NCBI GenBank assembly: GCA_964016885.1
Contig: OZ024742.1
Location: 257,486,001 to 257,550,000 of the forward strand
Origin: Eledone cirrhosa
Taxonomy: Eukaryota
Length of the DNA stretch: 64,000 nt
Direction: 5' to 3'
Below the pieces are notes generated by a model. That model was not told where the DNA came from. It saw only the letters and a program-made list of their open reading frames with translations, and searched no databases. Below are positions 41,081 to 57,389 of this stretch, one piece after another (positions within the stretch are counted from its first letter, which is position 1; the number at the start of each line of letters is the position of its first letter). Both the position numbers and the translations under genes were made by a program.

Positions 41081-42118
41081 GTTAGCTTAATGACGGATTA
41101 ATTCCCGTACAATGATAAAGAATATATATCTGTTCTCATTCATTTGTGTTGGTCAATTTTACTTTGTTTTGATTGCTGGTTTTCGGAGGAAAAATGTGAG
41201 AGTATGTGAGAGAGGGGAAGAGAAAAAGTAGAAATATGAAAGCGATTTTAGAAGGTGAATGAATGATGGTTTGGTAATCGAGTGGTAGTGGTGTGGATGG
41301 AGTAATGCGTTGACGATTTAATAGGGAACTGATGGGCGCTGAAGTGGTCATATGAGGGTGGGTGTAATATTTAAGGAATGGTGAGAGGCGACAGTGAAGC
41401 AGAGGGAGGGACTGGGTGGTTAGTACAAAGAAATTCCAGTATTTCGGGCTCATTTGGGGTGGTAGAGAATAAAGAAGAAAGTAAGAATATGTGGGCATAA
41501 AGATGATAAATAAATAAATAATTGAAGTTATATGTTGACAAGTAAATCATTAAACAATTAAATTTGGCGAGTAATTAATGGAAATATAGTATAGCGTGGA
41601 ATGGCATGAGGAAAGTGAAATGATTAAAGCTTGATATGAAATATAATATGTAAAACGTGATATAATATATATAAAATGTAGCGTATAATTCATAAAGCAT
41701 GATGTAAGGAGTAAAACGTGACTTAAAGAATAAAATGTGAAATAAAGACGTGATATAAAAATATAAGGTAGCGAAGTTATACGGTGATAATTGTGTTAGA
41801 TATGTGTATTGGTATAAGTAACACGCTAGAGATAATATCACTATGAATGTTGGAAAAATTGAGTAAGATCATATATGTACACATCAGGAAAAATCTTTGC
41901 AAGAAAAAATAAAGTGCTAAATATTGTGAGGTAATGATAATAATAGTAGTAGTAACAGCAAGTGTAGTATTATTGATACAGGTAGGCTAGTTAGATAACT
42001 GGGGTTCTGTCATTCACACACACTCATACTGTGTGATCCAGAATCGCCATCTCACAAATGCATGGAGGTGCGCCCATGTACACATATACACACAAACATC
42101 CATTACATGTATATGTAG

Positions 42119-42149
<31 letters not shown>

Positions 42150-42153
42150 TATA

Positions 42154-44948
42154 TGCAACTGGAGTCTTATTTTAAACAAAATATATATATTTATTTGGTT
42201 CCTGTACCGGTTTCGCAGTTCTTCTCCTTTTCAAAAGTAGAGTTGAGATAGAGGGTCCGTAGTTCTTCTCACATCTGATTGGTCTTTGAATGTTACTTGT
42301 GTTATATGGAAAAAAGTGGCTCGAAACGCCAGGTTTTTAGAGAAGTAATTTGATTGGTTGGTCAATAAGTATAATAAATTTCGCGCCAGTTCATGTTACA
42401 AAGTTCTTCAAACAAGGGAGGGGGGCTCAGGTTGTTTTTTCATATATGAGTGTTTGAATTTCTTTTTACTTAAAAAAAGGGGCTCACGGAGGCTTTTTTT
42501 TAAATGTAATTTGATTGGTTATAAATGAAATTATCGCTGTCACGTGTACAATTTCATTAAACATCGCGCCCATATTTGGGAATTTATTTTTTAGCCTTTT
42601 ACAGAATTTTATGACAATAGAAAAGTGCCTCACGTAGGCTTTTTTTTTTAATGCAATTTGATTGGTTATAAACGAAATTTAGACTGTCACGTGAACAAGT
42701 TCATTATATTTCGTGCCCGTATTTGGGAATTTATTTTGTAGCCTTTTAGAGAATTTATGACAGGCAAAATAATGTTCAAGGGAAATGGGATGGTAGAATT
42801 GTTCTGGTTTAGTGAGTATGGCTTGTTCGCTGGGGTGTCAGAGTTCAGATTTCCTATTGAAAGTAGACATATGTATGTTTATTTGTGTGTTTGTGTGTGC
42901 GTGTATGTCTGTATAGGAATATGATTCTATTGGTAGAAATGGGGGAGGGAGTTGTGTGTTTGTGTACATGGGTGTTATGTGTGTGTTTGTGGGAGTATGT
43001 TAAGATGGAGAGAATATATATATATTGTGTTTGTGTGTGTGTAGGAAAGTGATTCTATTAGTAGAAATGGGGGAGGGGGTTGTGAGTGTGTGTGTGTGAT
43101 GGGGGTGTTATGTTATATGTGTGTGTATGTGTGTTATATGTGTGTGAGAGTATGGTTAACATGTTAAGATGAAGAGAATATATATTTTGTGTGTGTGTGT
43201 GTGTGTATGTGTGTGTGTGTAGGAAAATGATTCCGTTAGTAGGAATATTTTTGAATGAACATATTTTCCTCACTTATTCGTATTTGTTCTGTTGTATTGT
43301 CAGCGCAAACGTATGTTAAGGTTTATTTAGTTCGGGTTTTTATTTTCTAAAGTAGAAGGTGTTATGTGTGTGTGCGTGTGTGTGTGTGTGTGTCTATTAG
43401 GATGGTTAGCATGTTATGGTGTTGACATAATGTATATTAAACAATATTTAATGCTGGTCTATAATTTTGAATAAACCTATTTTCCTTATTTACTCGTATT
43501 TGTTCTGTTGTAGTGTCAGCGCAAAGGTAAAATGGGAAGACTTGTTTATGGGAAGACTTGTTTTTTCAAAAATATAGACCAGCATTAAATATGGTTTAAT
43601 ATATATTATGTCAACACCATAACAATCTAACCCTCCAAACAGACACATAGGCACACACATAACACCTTCTACTTTAGAAAATAAAAGCCCGAACTAAATA
43701 AACCTTAACATACGTTTCACTGACAATATAACAGAACAAATACGAATAAGTAAGGAAAATATGTTCATTCAAAAATATTCCTACTAACGGAATCATTTTC
43801 CTACACACACACACACACAGACACACACACAAAATATATATATTCTCTTCATCTTAACATGCTAACCATACTCCCATGCACAGATAACACCCATGCAGAC
43901 TCACATAACACCCCCCCCCCCCACACACACGCAACTCCCTCCCCCATTTCTACTAATAGAATCACTTTCCTACACACACACACAAAATATATATATATTC
44001 TCTCCATCTTAACATACTCCTACACACACACACATAACACCCATATACACACACTCACAACTCCCTCCTCCATTTCTACCAATAGAATCATATTCCTATA
44101 CACACACAAACACATAAATAAACATACATATGTCTATTTTCTTTATTTCAATAGGAAATCTGAACTCTGACACCCCAGCGAACTAGTCATAGTCACTGAA
44201 CCAGAACAATTCTCCGATCCCATTTTTCTTGACCATTCTTTTGCTTGTCATAAAATTCTCGAAAAGGCTACAAAGTAAATTCCCAAATACGGCGCGAATT
44301 TAATGAACTTGTTCACGTGCAGTCATAATTCCATTTATAACCAATCAAATTGCACTATAAAAGAAAAATCCTTCGTCAGCCCCGTTTTTTTATTGTCATA
44401 AAATTCTCTAAAAGGCTACAAAATAAATTCCCAAATACGGGCGCGCTTTTTAATGAACTTGTTCAGGTATCAACGACAATTTCATTTATAACCAATTAAA
44501 CTACATTTAAAAAAAAAAGCCTTCGTGAGACCCTTTTTTTAAGTAAAAAGAAATTCAAACACTCATATATGAAAAGACAAACTGAGCCCCCCCCCCCCCA
44601 TTGTTTGAAGAGCTTTGTAACGCGAACTGGCGCGGAATGTATTATACTTATTGACCAACCAATCAAATTACTCCTCTAAAAACCTGGTGTTTCGAGCCAC
44701 TTTTTTCCATATAAAACAAGTAACATTCACAGAACAACCAGATGTGAGAAAAACCACAGACCCTCCATCTCAACTCTACTTTTGAAAAGCAGAGAACTGC
44801 CAAACCGGTAAAGGAACCAAATAAATATATATATTTTTTAAATAAGACTCCAGTCGCATTTTCGATATCATCTATTTTCTCTCTACTTTCACTCGTGTAA
44901 GACAGCTCGGTTATTTTTCATTTTGTAAAATAACGTCACTTTCTAATA
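42154..44948. mobile_element. ~2.8 kb palindrome of a non-coding PLE 3' region/pLTR (family B)
   Basis: ~42154-43475 is the reverse complement of ~43570-44858; unpaired tail 44859-44948. U3-A8 hammerheads at 42201-42240 (-) and 44779-44813 (+, G12C). Confidence 0.9.
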
Positions 44949-44964
44949 GACACACATATATATA

Positions 44965-47483
<2,519 letters not shown>

Positions 47484-47509
47484 ATATATATATATATACA
47501 TATATATGT

Positions 47510-47718
47510 ATTAGAAATTGAGGTTTTTTTACAAAATGAAAAATAACCGAGGTGTCTTACACGAGTAAAAGTATAAAGAAAAAATGATGAAATCGGAAAT
47601 GCGACTGGAGTCGTATTTAAAAATATATATATATATATTATTTGGTTCCTTTACCGGTTTCGCAGTTCTTCTGCTTTTCAAAAGTAGAGTTGAGATGGAG
47701 GGTCTGTGGTTTTTTTCA
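47510..47718 (-). mobile_element. Family B pLTR end with tail and an intact U3-A8 hammerhead (47648-47687)
   Basis: Reverse complement of ~44748-44948; CTT-TTGAAAA-GCAG AAGAA CTGC-GAAACCGGTA-AAG. Confidence 0.85.
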
Positions 47719-47734
47719 TGCACATATATATATA

Positions 47735-48410
47735 TGTACGTATAGAGTCACCGAACATTTATTATAATGCTCGGTGTGTTTGTAAACAAACATCCCGTAT
47801 TAAGCCGTAGTGTCTAGCAACCTCCGTTGCTTGTTTGTTCAACACGTTTATCGTTTTCGGTGCACCGGGCCGATGTCAATTGTTGAACAAACGAGCAAAG
47901 ATGGCTGCTAGACACTACGGCTTAATACTGGATGTTTGTTTACAAACTCACCGAGCTTTATAATAAATGTTCGGTGAATCCATACGTACATATATATATA
48001 TATGTGCATGTATGTATAAATACATACTGCTGTACGTCTGTATACATATATGTATGTACGTATACATACTTATATTTAAGTAACAGCCGTACTAAGAGTG
48101 GGAAATGAAATTTCGTTTCATTTTTTCCGTTTATCGTTTTCGGTGCACCCGCCGATTAACCCACTCGATATGCAAATTAGGCTGCTCAGTCGTTAATATG
48201 CATAAGGAAAGTATATACTTTCAGACATTCAATCATCTGGCAGGAAGGTATACATTGCTGACGATAGCTAATAAGCTTGAAACTAGTACAGCGTTCCTTT
48301 GTCAGTGTTAAACAAACGCTCAACGATGGTTGCTAGACACTAAAGCTTAATACGGGATGTTTGTTTACAAACACACCGAGCATTATAATAAATGTTCGGT
48401 GAATCCTTAC

Positions 48411-48469
<59 letters not shown>

Positions 48470-48595
48470 CATGTATGTATATATATATATACATACTACT
48501 GTACGTCTGTATACATATATTTATGTACGTATACATACTTATATTTAAGTAACAGCCGTACAGAGCTGTAAATGAAATTTCGTTTCATTTTTTCC

Positions 48596-48598
<3 letters not shown>
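47735..48598 (+). mobile_element. Family C: inverted piece plus a partial tandem of a ~425 bp unit with a hammerhead at 48253-48293
   Basis: GCTAGACAC-anchored repeat at 47907 and 48332; TTG-CTGACGA-TAGCT AATA AGCTT-GAAACTAGTA-CAG; palindromic ACTAGT. Confidence 0.8.
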
Positions 48599-48632
<34 letters not shown>

Positions 48633-48700
48633 GGGGATGTTTGCGTGTATATGTGTGCATGGGCGCACCTCCATGCGTTCGTGACTGTGTGATTGTGGAT

Positions 48701-48745
<45 letters not shown>

Positions 48746-49197
48746 ACACTTACACATAGATATAAAGACATACCCTTACATATCCCAGCGGTATTTGAAA
48801 ACAAAACGTAAAAGGCCATAACTCTATGCCACAAATCATGATGTCTGATGCACACCGATATTACCAACTCACCACTTTATCCATAATAATAATGTTTCCG
48901 ATAATAATGAAGATGCTGGTGAGATGTATGTGAATAGTTGTTGCGCAAATTGCGTGTTCAGTTGACAAATTCTGGGTATGTCTATTGTTTTGGTCTGAAT
49001 AAGCCGGAAAATGTCTGGGGTTTTTTTTAGATAGTGCTGCATCACAATTCTTTCCGATTTTAAGTTAATTGTTGTTTATAACTTAATGACTAGACCACCA
49101 GTGACACGTTGGGTGACACGTTCACTTAAATATATATTTTTGTTTAATCATGTTCACATAAACATAATTTTGACAGTTCTCTCTCTCTCTGTCTCTC

Positions 49198-49265
<68 letters not shown>

Positions 49266-49279
49266 AATCTGCCCACTCA

Positions 49280-50000
49280 CAACTATTATCTCTTTACGAA
49301 GGTACCCAGAAAACCCCTGTATCCTGGATACCGTCCTCCGATTTACTCGAAACTTGTTTTATTCAATTTGTATTCCCATTTGAGGGTCAACAGCCTTTGT
49401 TTGTTTCTATTTTGTTAACTTGCATCTCTCAATCATTGTTGGTTTGTTTGTGTTCGGTGTTGAGTGTGGTTTTTGGGGTGTTCTTGTGCGTTGTATTATT
49501 GGTTAATTGAGGTAATTGGCTTTGTTTCTGTATTTTGATCCTATTTTCGTATGTTATGGTGTCAAGTAGTTTGCATGCAGTGGGGAAAGAAAGGTTTACT
49601 GTATATCTTTTAAAAAAACTTGGTGTATTTGTGTGTGGGTGGAAAGGATTCGTCAATGGACCCGAAGATGGTTCCAGGAATATTGGTAGCCACGTTTATC
49701 GAGTACGGGAATTGTACACGTCACCTTTTGACTTCTGGTGTTGCAGCATTTAATGTGGCTATTGGGGTTTGTTGCGTTTATGGTGGTGCTGTGATAGCCG
49801 CAAATGTTTTATGTGTGCTGATGTGGTTTATATCGTTCAATAGTCCGTCTCTAGATTTTGAAGTTGCTATCATGTGGGTGTGCGTGATAGCAGTCGTACT
49901 GGGGTGATTACATGTAGAGCTACTGTTAGTGTGGTAGGAGATTATGGCTTTTGCTACTTGCAGGTGTTATGTGTCTTTATCTATCTCATCGGCTATAGCT
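49280..50000 (-). pseudogene. Decayed PLE ORF fragment (RT-EN linker, Naiad-like)
   Basis: NVATNIPGTIFGSIDESFPPTHKYTKFF/KRYTVNLSF parallels HRYYKLFNKNNIKISFS (~62971) and NLNRSTVKFSYS (~54610). Confidence 0.6.
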
Positions 50001-50509
50001 AGGTTTTGGGCAGCGGTTACGCTGCGAGGCACGTTTCTACACATTACATACAATTATGTGTTTTGGGTAATCCAGCATTTTCAGTGTGGTTGACATAAGC
50101 AATCACAACTTCGTATGCTTATGTATGTATATGCGCGAGGACATAGAAACAATCGGCCTGGATACCCAATTGCGCGGATAAACCACTGGAAGTGAAAGAC
50201 ACCTAACCTTTGTCAGGGCATTCTTCTAGGAAAAGGCAACTCATGAAAGTGGGATAACTCCGATATAAAACCTGCGGCTCAGTAGATACCGATGATGTTG
50301 ATCTTTTCTTCTTTTCGGGTTATAGCTAATGTCGCTCAGAGTGTGGGATTGGCTCAGTACACAGTCTTTCCTCACTGCTAAAATATCTTTACGCACAGGT
50401 TTTGCACGATAGCATTAATTGATATTTATTTATAATATTATATCTTGAAATGGCCATAATCAATAACGAGGGTCCACCATCATATATAAATATATAGATA
50501 TGTGTGTAT

Positions 50510-50564
<55 letters not shown>

Positions 50565-50573
50565 CGTGCGTGT

Positions 50574-50621
<48 letters not shown>

Positions 50622-51075
50622 GTGTGTGTGTGTGTGTGTGCATGTCTGTGTGTGTTCTACAACAAAACTTAAATGGCATTGGCCAGTTAAAAATTGTGGA
50701 AATATTGTAGATTATTGGTTTACAAGTAATCGATGATTACCATATCTTCTAATTTGCCCGAAATAGTACTGTAGATGCCTCACGGAGAATATATGCATTT
50801 TGACAGATTTGTATGTTAAACAATGGAGATAGAGGCTTATTCAAAGTATTGAAATTGTGAGTACTTTAACGTTTACATATGTTAAGCTGTTGAATCATTA
50901 ATGTTTCTCTGCTTCATGCGAATGTTACTGCCTTGGCGTGTTGCCGTGCAACAATTTAAGCTGTATCTGCTCCGTATTAAATGGTTGAGCAAGTTATATG
51001 CAAGAGATCGAAATCACCGTATATCGATCTGCATCTGTATGCTATATAAATATGTTTATATATAATGTATATCTA

Positions 51076-51118
<43 letters not shown>

Positions 51119-51689
51119 AAGAACACAAGAGCGTCTACAACATCAATATGTAATTTGAGTTTTTCGAATATTAATAATAATATTCGATTCGTTTGCAATT
51201 ATGCAAACAAGCCTCATTTGTAAAGCCATGCCAGTAGATTCACTCCCTTAACATTTTAAAATGTCGACACTTCCGGTTAGCGATCGCTTAAATAAACATT
51301 TATATATTTCCGTCACTAATTTTCTCCTAATGCAGTTTATATATAACGTCTTTTTTTAATGTATCATGGATTACGTTAGTGATGACATAAATGCGTGTAA
51401 CGCAGTCTTCGTTCAATTTCTGTGTATATTGTCAAATACGATTTCATTTGATGAATCATATCTGCATGTATATATATTTTTATTTTATTAAATAACATCA
51501 CAAATGGGAGTGAAAATATGAACGCATATGTTATGTACAAATAAATAAATTTACAGTAGAATAACATAACAAATATGTTTTGAATATATACATAAATAGC
51601 ATTACAGATAACATTAGATAACATTATAAATTGCTCGCGATTCTTTCATAAGGATATATACCTTTAATGTTGCAATATTAAAGAAAATG

Positions 51690-52498
51690 TAAAGGAAGGG
51701 GTGAACAACCGAGCCATCACCAGAGCAAAAGACAGCAGCGAGGAGTACTGGGCAACCTCTCTAATGATTTTTGACACAAACCAGCACACTCTCAATGTTA
51801 TCTCGGGTGCTGGCGAAGCTAATATCAATATCCACACTACACATGCTAGAAGAAAACCAACCCAAGGAGGTTTATTCTGCTAGTATATATAATGTAGAAT
51901 CAGTCGGCTGAGATATGCAAACGACATAGTATTACATAACTAGAATGAAGGTGATCTCCCACTGCATATGATAGGTTTGATGCAGAGTACTGGATGGCTG
52001 GAATGAAATCAGTCCTGTGCAAACTGAGACACTCGTTCTAGCATGGAACATTTAGCAGTATACTCTATATATAAATAGATTTCTATTTGAGCAGGGGGAG
52101 TAGTTCAAATATCCATGGTTGATGGAAGAGAGGCGGCTGAATTAAGTGCAAGAATTGCAAAAGCTGGTGAAATATTACGCCTGATCAGCATTTAGCAATC
52201 AGAAGAAAAGGGGTAGGTGTAAAACCCAAACTCGTTATCTTCAATTCCGTATTTGTGCCCCCCTTAACAATTGTCATGAACCTTGGATAAAGCCTGGAAA
52301 AATAAGATTGCGATTACTGGGGGTCAAGATTCGGCCCCACATTTAGACACCCAGAATGTAGAATTGGCGTCGATCACATATAAGAGAATCGTACCCGATT
52401 AACAAGGAAACATACCTGTTGACTGTTGAAAGGAAAGTGCTTTATCTGCTGAGTTTGCCAAGTATCCATTTCTCAGTGCACACACTCATCAGTGGGCG

Positions 52499-52500
<2 letters not shown>
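51690..52500 (+). pseudogene. Decayed RTE-type LINE RT fragment
   Basis: LRYANDIV (decayed YADD) at ~51909; FKY; AELSARIAKAG; KLVIFNSVFVP..HEPW. Confidence 0.7.
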
Positions 52501-52563
<63 letters not shown>

Positions 52564-52619
52564 CATATAAGATTTGATATGCGACATACCACTACGGTTT
52601 TGATTATTCAATTCCAATA

Positions 52620-52960
52620 GTGGCAGTGATTTATTTTACCAAACCTCTACGTTTTTATAACAAAAATAATTATTTGTGGTATAAAATGTTCAGGGTTGGT
52701 GAAATAACTCACTGCCACTATTGAAATTGAATAATCAAAACCGTAGCGGTATTTCACATAACACATCTTATATTTATCTAATGAAAACGTACTTAAACAC
52801 CATTGTACCTTTGAAATATGTATAATAAAATCTATATTTTCATTATGAGAATATTTTTCATTCATTAATATTTTGAATGATATTAAATACTCCGGGAACA
52901 TAATTTTAAGTGCTTCTAACCTATTGTGAAATTGTATTCGTTGAATAATCAGCAATATAT
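52620..52960 (+). mobile_element. Family E pLTR fragment with a G5A hammerhead (52771-52830)
   Basis: TTAT-CTAATGA-AAACGTAC..GTACCTTT-GAAATATGTATA-ATAA; downstream similarity to 47350-47470. Confidence 0.65.
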
Positions 52961-52971
52961 ATTAATCTTTG

Positions 52972-53039
<68 letters not shown>

Positions 53040-53051
53040 TAAAAAAAAAAA

Positions 53052-54620
53052 ATGAATAAAAACAAAGAAACTGTTCCTTATATTAAACAATTCATCATTT
53101 TACGATCGTTTCTAGGATATATACGTTTGTGTTGGTATGTATATCATATAGATCTATGTAAAATGTTTACAAACTATCAGAGGGAGTATTCTTACCTACA
53201 CATATATATGCTGTCTTCAGAAATAATGATATTTGTTTATTGAAAAAAAACAACAAAGATTTAATATAATAGGTCTGTTTGGGAACAGGTTGTGAATTGA
53301 CCAATAGAAAGGTAGTAAATGTTCAAAATGGTAGAGTAGTAGTAATAGAACTTTAATTTAGGGGTAGAGGAAAGCAGATTTCAGTTTTGAATGGAAAGAG
53401 TATGATGAATGAAAATATTATTTTAGGGATGAAAATAGGTCAAGTCGGTAAAAGGTACACGAAGAATTGATGTTATAAAAGAATAATGCTAATGTAAATA
53501 TCTAAGGAGAATAACATTTTACGATAAATGTGTTAGTGAAAAATATCAATGTTATTTAAAATATAGGGAATTTACATATATAAAAAGAAAATAAATTAAT
53601 TAAATTGATAGGTATATTTATATTGATAAATTTATATTAATTCATATAGATATGATAAATAAGAGTGCTGTTAAAAACGAAGGGAAAATAAAAAACAAAA
53701 AAAAATAAAATAATAAATTATTGGGGGGTAAATTTATTAGTGAGAAATAACAAATTTATATAGATTATAAGGAACATAGAATCATAACCTGAAATTAAAA
53801 TAGTTTATATGTATACTTATTGGTATACATTTTAGGAAAAGATAGCTGTAAAATGGAAATAAAATTATGCAGTTCATTAGTAGTAGAACATTAATTATAG
53901 GTTAACTAATTTAAAAAAATTGTTATTATAATAATTTCTAAAGTGTATATTAATTAGGTTTATCATATTTAAAAGTTCTTCTCAGTTTATGATTACATGA
54001 TATAATTAATTCCTGTCGTTTATTTAATAGGATATCCTTAGATTTCATTATTTAAAAAAGTTCCTGGGAACATAATCTACATTCATATCTATTATTTTGA
54101 TAAGGGGTGGCTCTTTTGAGCACACTCCAGGTCAGGTCATAATCTATATTTCTCTTTCTATAATTATTAATTATTTCAGCTAAAGATGTTGTATTAGCTA
54201 ATGCGGCATTTTTAAAACCGTGTTTGTGGGTATTAAATCTTACTTTAAATTGGTTAGATGTAGCTCCTATATATGAATAAGTTGAGTCCTTAGTTTTAAC
54301 TTTACATTTATATACTATGTTATTAAAAAGGCAGTTTCCTTTTAATGGGCAATTTGCTTTGTTTCCACAGTTACAACATTTCGTGAATGCTGTATAAGAG
54401 GAGATAGTCAAATTAGGTGTGGAATTTTCACGGCTTGTTGTATGTGAATGAGATGGTGGTTTGCTGCGGTTTATTTTAGTATTATGGTCAGTTTGATGTA
54501 TTGGTGGTATATTCATTGTTTTTTTTACATTTATATGCATTATAGGCACTTATATTTTGTTGTATATTTTTGGTTGTTGAGTAGGAGAATTTAACCGTTG
54601 ATCTATTTAAATTTTGTGAG
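53052..54620 (-). mobile_element. 5'-truncated PLE (probably Naiad-type) with GIY-YIG and family A pLTR/hammerhead (53091-53230)
   Basis: CNCGNKANCPLKGNCLFNNIVYKCKV..YIGATSNQFKVRFNTH..CRLC. The 3' end is homologous to 90-390; HHR core CTGAAGA..GAAACGATCGTA. Confidence 0.88.
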
Positions 54621-54814
54621 AAAAACCACAGACCCTCCATCTCAACTCTACTTTTGAAAAGCAGAAGAACTGCGAAACCGGTAAAGGAACGAAATAAATA
54701 TATATTTTTTTTAAAATAAGACTCCAGTTGCATTTTGAATTTCATCTTTTTTTCTTTATACTTTCACTCGTGTAGGACAACTCGGTTATTATTCATTTTG
54801 TAAAAAAACCTCAC

Positions 54815-54822
<8 letters not shown>
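54615..54822 (+). mobile_element. Family B pLTR end with tail and an intact U3-A8 hammerhead (54651-54686)
   Basis: CTT-TTGAAAA-GCAG AAGAA CTGC-GAAACCGGTA-AAG; fused head-to-head to the upstream PLE. Confidence 0.85.
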
Positions 54823-54879
<57 letters not shown>

Positions 54880-54889
54880 TATATATATA

Positions 54890-55130
54890 GGAACAACTAT
54901 GACACCGACGGCAGAGCGCTCACGCCGTTTCAACGGCTATTTCTGGACTGAAATAGCCGTCGAAACAGTAACAATAACAATGACAACGACAACAAACACC
55001 AACAACGTCCATCACCCATCCCGTTCGTCGCAGTAGTGGTGGTATCAACTATGTCAGTACTGCGACGAACGGGATGGGTAATGGGCGGTGTTGGTGTTTG
55101 TTGTCGTTGTCATTGTTGTTGTTACTGTTT
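54890..55130. repeat. Family F fold-back fused to a second AAC-rich inverted repeat
   Basis: Hairpin GTTTCAACGGCTATTTC..GAAATAGCCGTCGAAAC, then ~54963-55035 inverted to ~55058-55130. Confidence 0.7.
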
Positions 55131-56906
55131 ATGGTCATGGTGATTCATACCACCAACTCTGTGTACCCATCTACCACTAAACTCCTTTTTATTGCTTTGG
55201 CGTTATCGCTGTTTACGGTCAACGTGGTTGTACCGCCACTGCGACGACAGCGAACTGTATACGCGACGTTGGTCTGTGTTTTTGCTGTTGGTGTCGTTTG
55301 TCCTGTTGTTGTCGTTTGTTGCTGTTGTCGTTGTAAGTGTTTTTACTGTAGCTGTTGTTTTAGTTGTTGTTGTCAATAGGATGATCGCATCAGCAAGACT
55401 ATTGAGACCAGTGTGGATAACTTTGGACGGCGGTTTGATGTTATTGTCATTGTTGTTGTTGTAGTTGTCGTTGTCGTTGTTGTTGTTGACTATATGTGGC
55501 CGTCAACTAAATGTATACCCCCCCCCCGAGCTCCTTGTGTTCCTTCAACTGTCTACTGGGTTTTGGTTGCAGACGGTTCTTCGTTCTTTTCGTCTTTTTG
55601 CGTTGATGGCTTTTTCTAGCAAACGCGACGGCTGACAAACCCTTCAAGGAACTCATCTGTTTGCTGGGCGACATGCATTATGATGTGTGTTTTCCTGCCA
55701 GCGGCATATCAAATATATCGATCTTCATCTGAGGAAACCGTTCTCATAATCAACAGCAGATGCATGAAGGACATCTCGATTTCATGGAAAACAGTAGAAA
55801 TATTTATTAAGATTAAAAGATATATGTAACCTCAGCATCCTATTTTATTATCTTTATAAAATTCTCCATCGTAACTAAAACAACGATTGTTGAGAGCTTT
55901 CTCCTGCTTACTCCTGTCTTTACCAAAACAATCTTTTCCGAACATATATATATATATATAAATCAAGAAAGAAAAGTGACACTGTTTGCTATACAATAAG
56001 GGCTTTATTCACATTGCTGACAATTGTTTCTCTGAACTTTAATGTCTAGGGGATCGCTAACCGCCTGTTTTGGCATCAATCGATCACCAATACTTTGTTA
56101 CAGCCAGTCAGTTCATCAAATTTATTATTACTCCAAGTGTAAACTACATAGAAATCACCGTGTACTCGCAGCATCACTATGGAAACGTCTTGTTGAGTCA
56201 AACTTAGCCAAGCGTTAATACTATCCACTACTCGGAGTACCCTAACTGGACTACATCTAAGTGGATTACCTATAACAATAATTTGTTATCCCGTATATAT
56301 ATATATATATATATCAAGATGTATCTACATATCAACATAATTCCCTAAAGTAGTTCAAAGTGTGGGAATCTTATAGTTGTGATTAGCCTTCACAATTAAC
56401 ACAATGTTGAATTTTTAGGGGAATAACTAGGCTTTGCCTAAAACTATTTTAGAAGATATGTAATAGATAATAATTGCTGTGACGGAATCGATAATATAAA
56501 TCCTATTTAATTTGAATAAACGAAAGATAGGAATAAAGAAATAAAATAAAAACATTAAATAATAAATAATAACAGATAAAGGCGTCCGATATAAAGAAAT
56601 GCAGGTGTTGTCAATTAGCCGGTACTAAATGGAATAACATATGATGTAATTACTCTGGTTCTTATGGTCATATAGATACGATTAGATGCTATTCATATAC
56701 GATTCCCCCGTTACGTTTTACTGTTGGGGTAATGGTACTGATTATATTACATAGATTTGGAATGAAATAGATAGAATGGGTAATTACTATATATACATGT
56801 ATACATATGTATATATTATAATTACACTCTGTTAAGTTCTACACATCTTTACCGACTAGAAACTACGCATCGAAAGCTCACTAGAGTGAACCCACTGTAT
56901 ATATAC

Positions 56907-57373
<467 letters not shown>

Positions 57374-57389
57374 ATATATATATATATAT

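Noticed and set aside
50150-50300. Possible RTE 5' UTR motif (GGGCA..TCTAGGAAAAGGCAACTC) with an HDV-like ribozyme
   Set aside because: Too decayed to fold or assign with support.
56012-56125. Minus-strand TTGATGA..GAAACAATTGTC hammerhead
   Set aside because: Stem I does not pair; at best a relic, so it is not counted.
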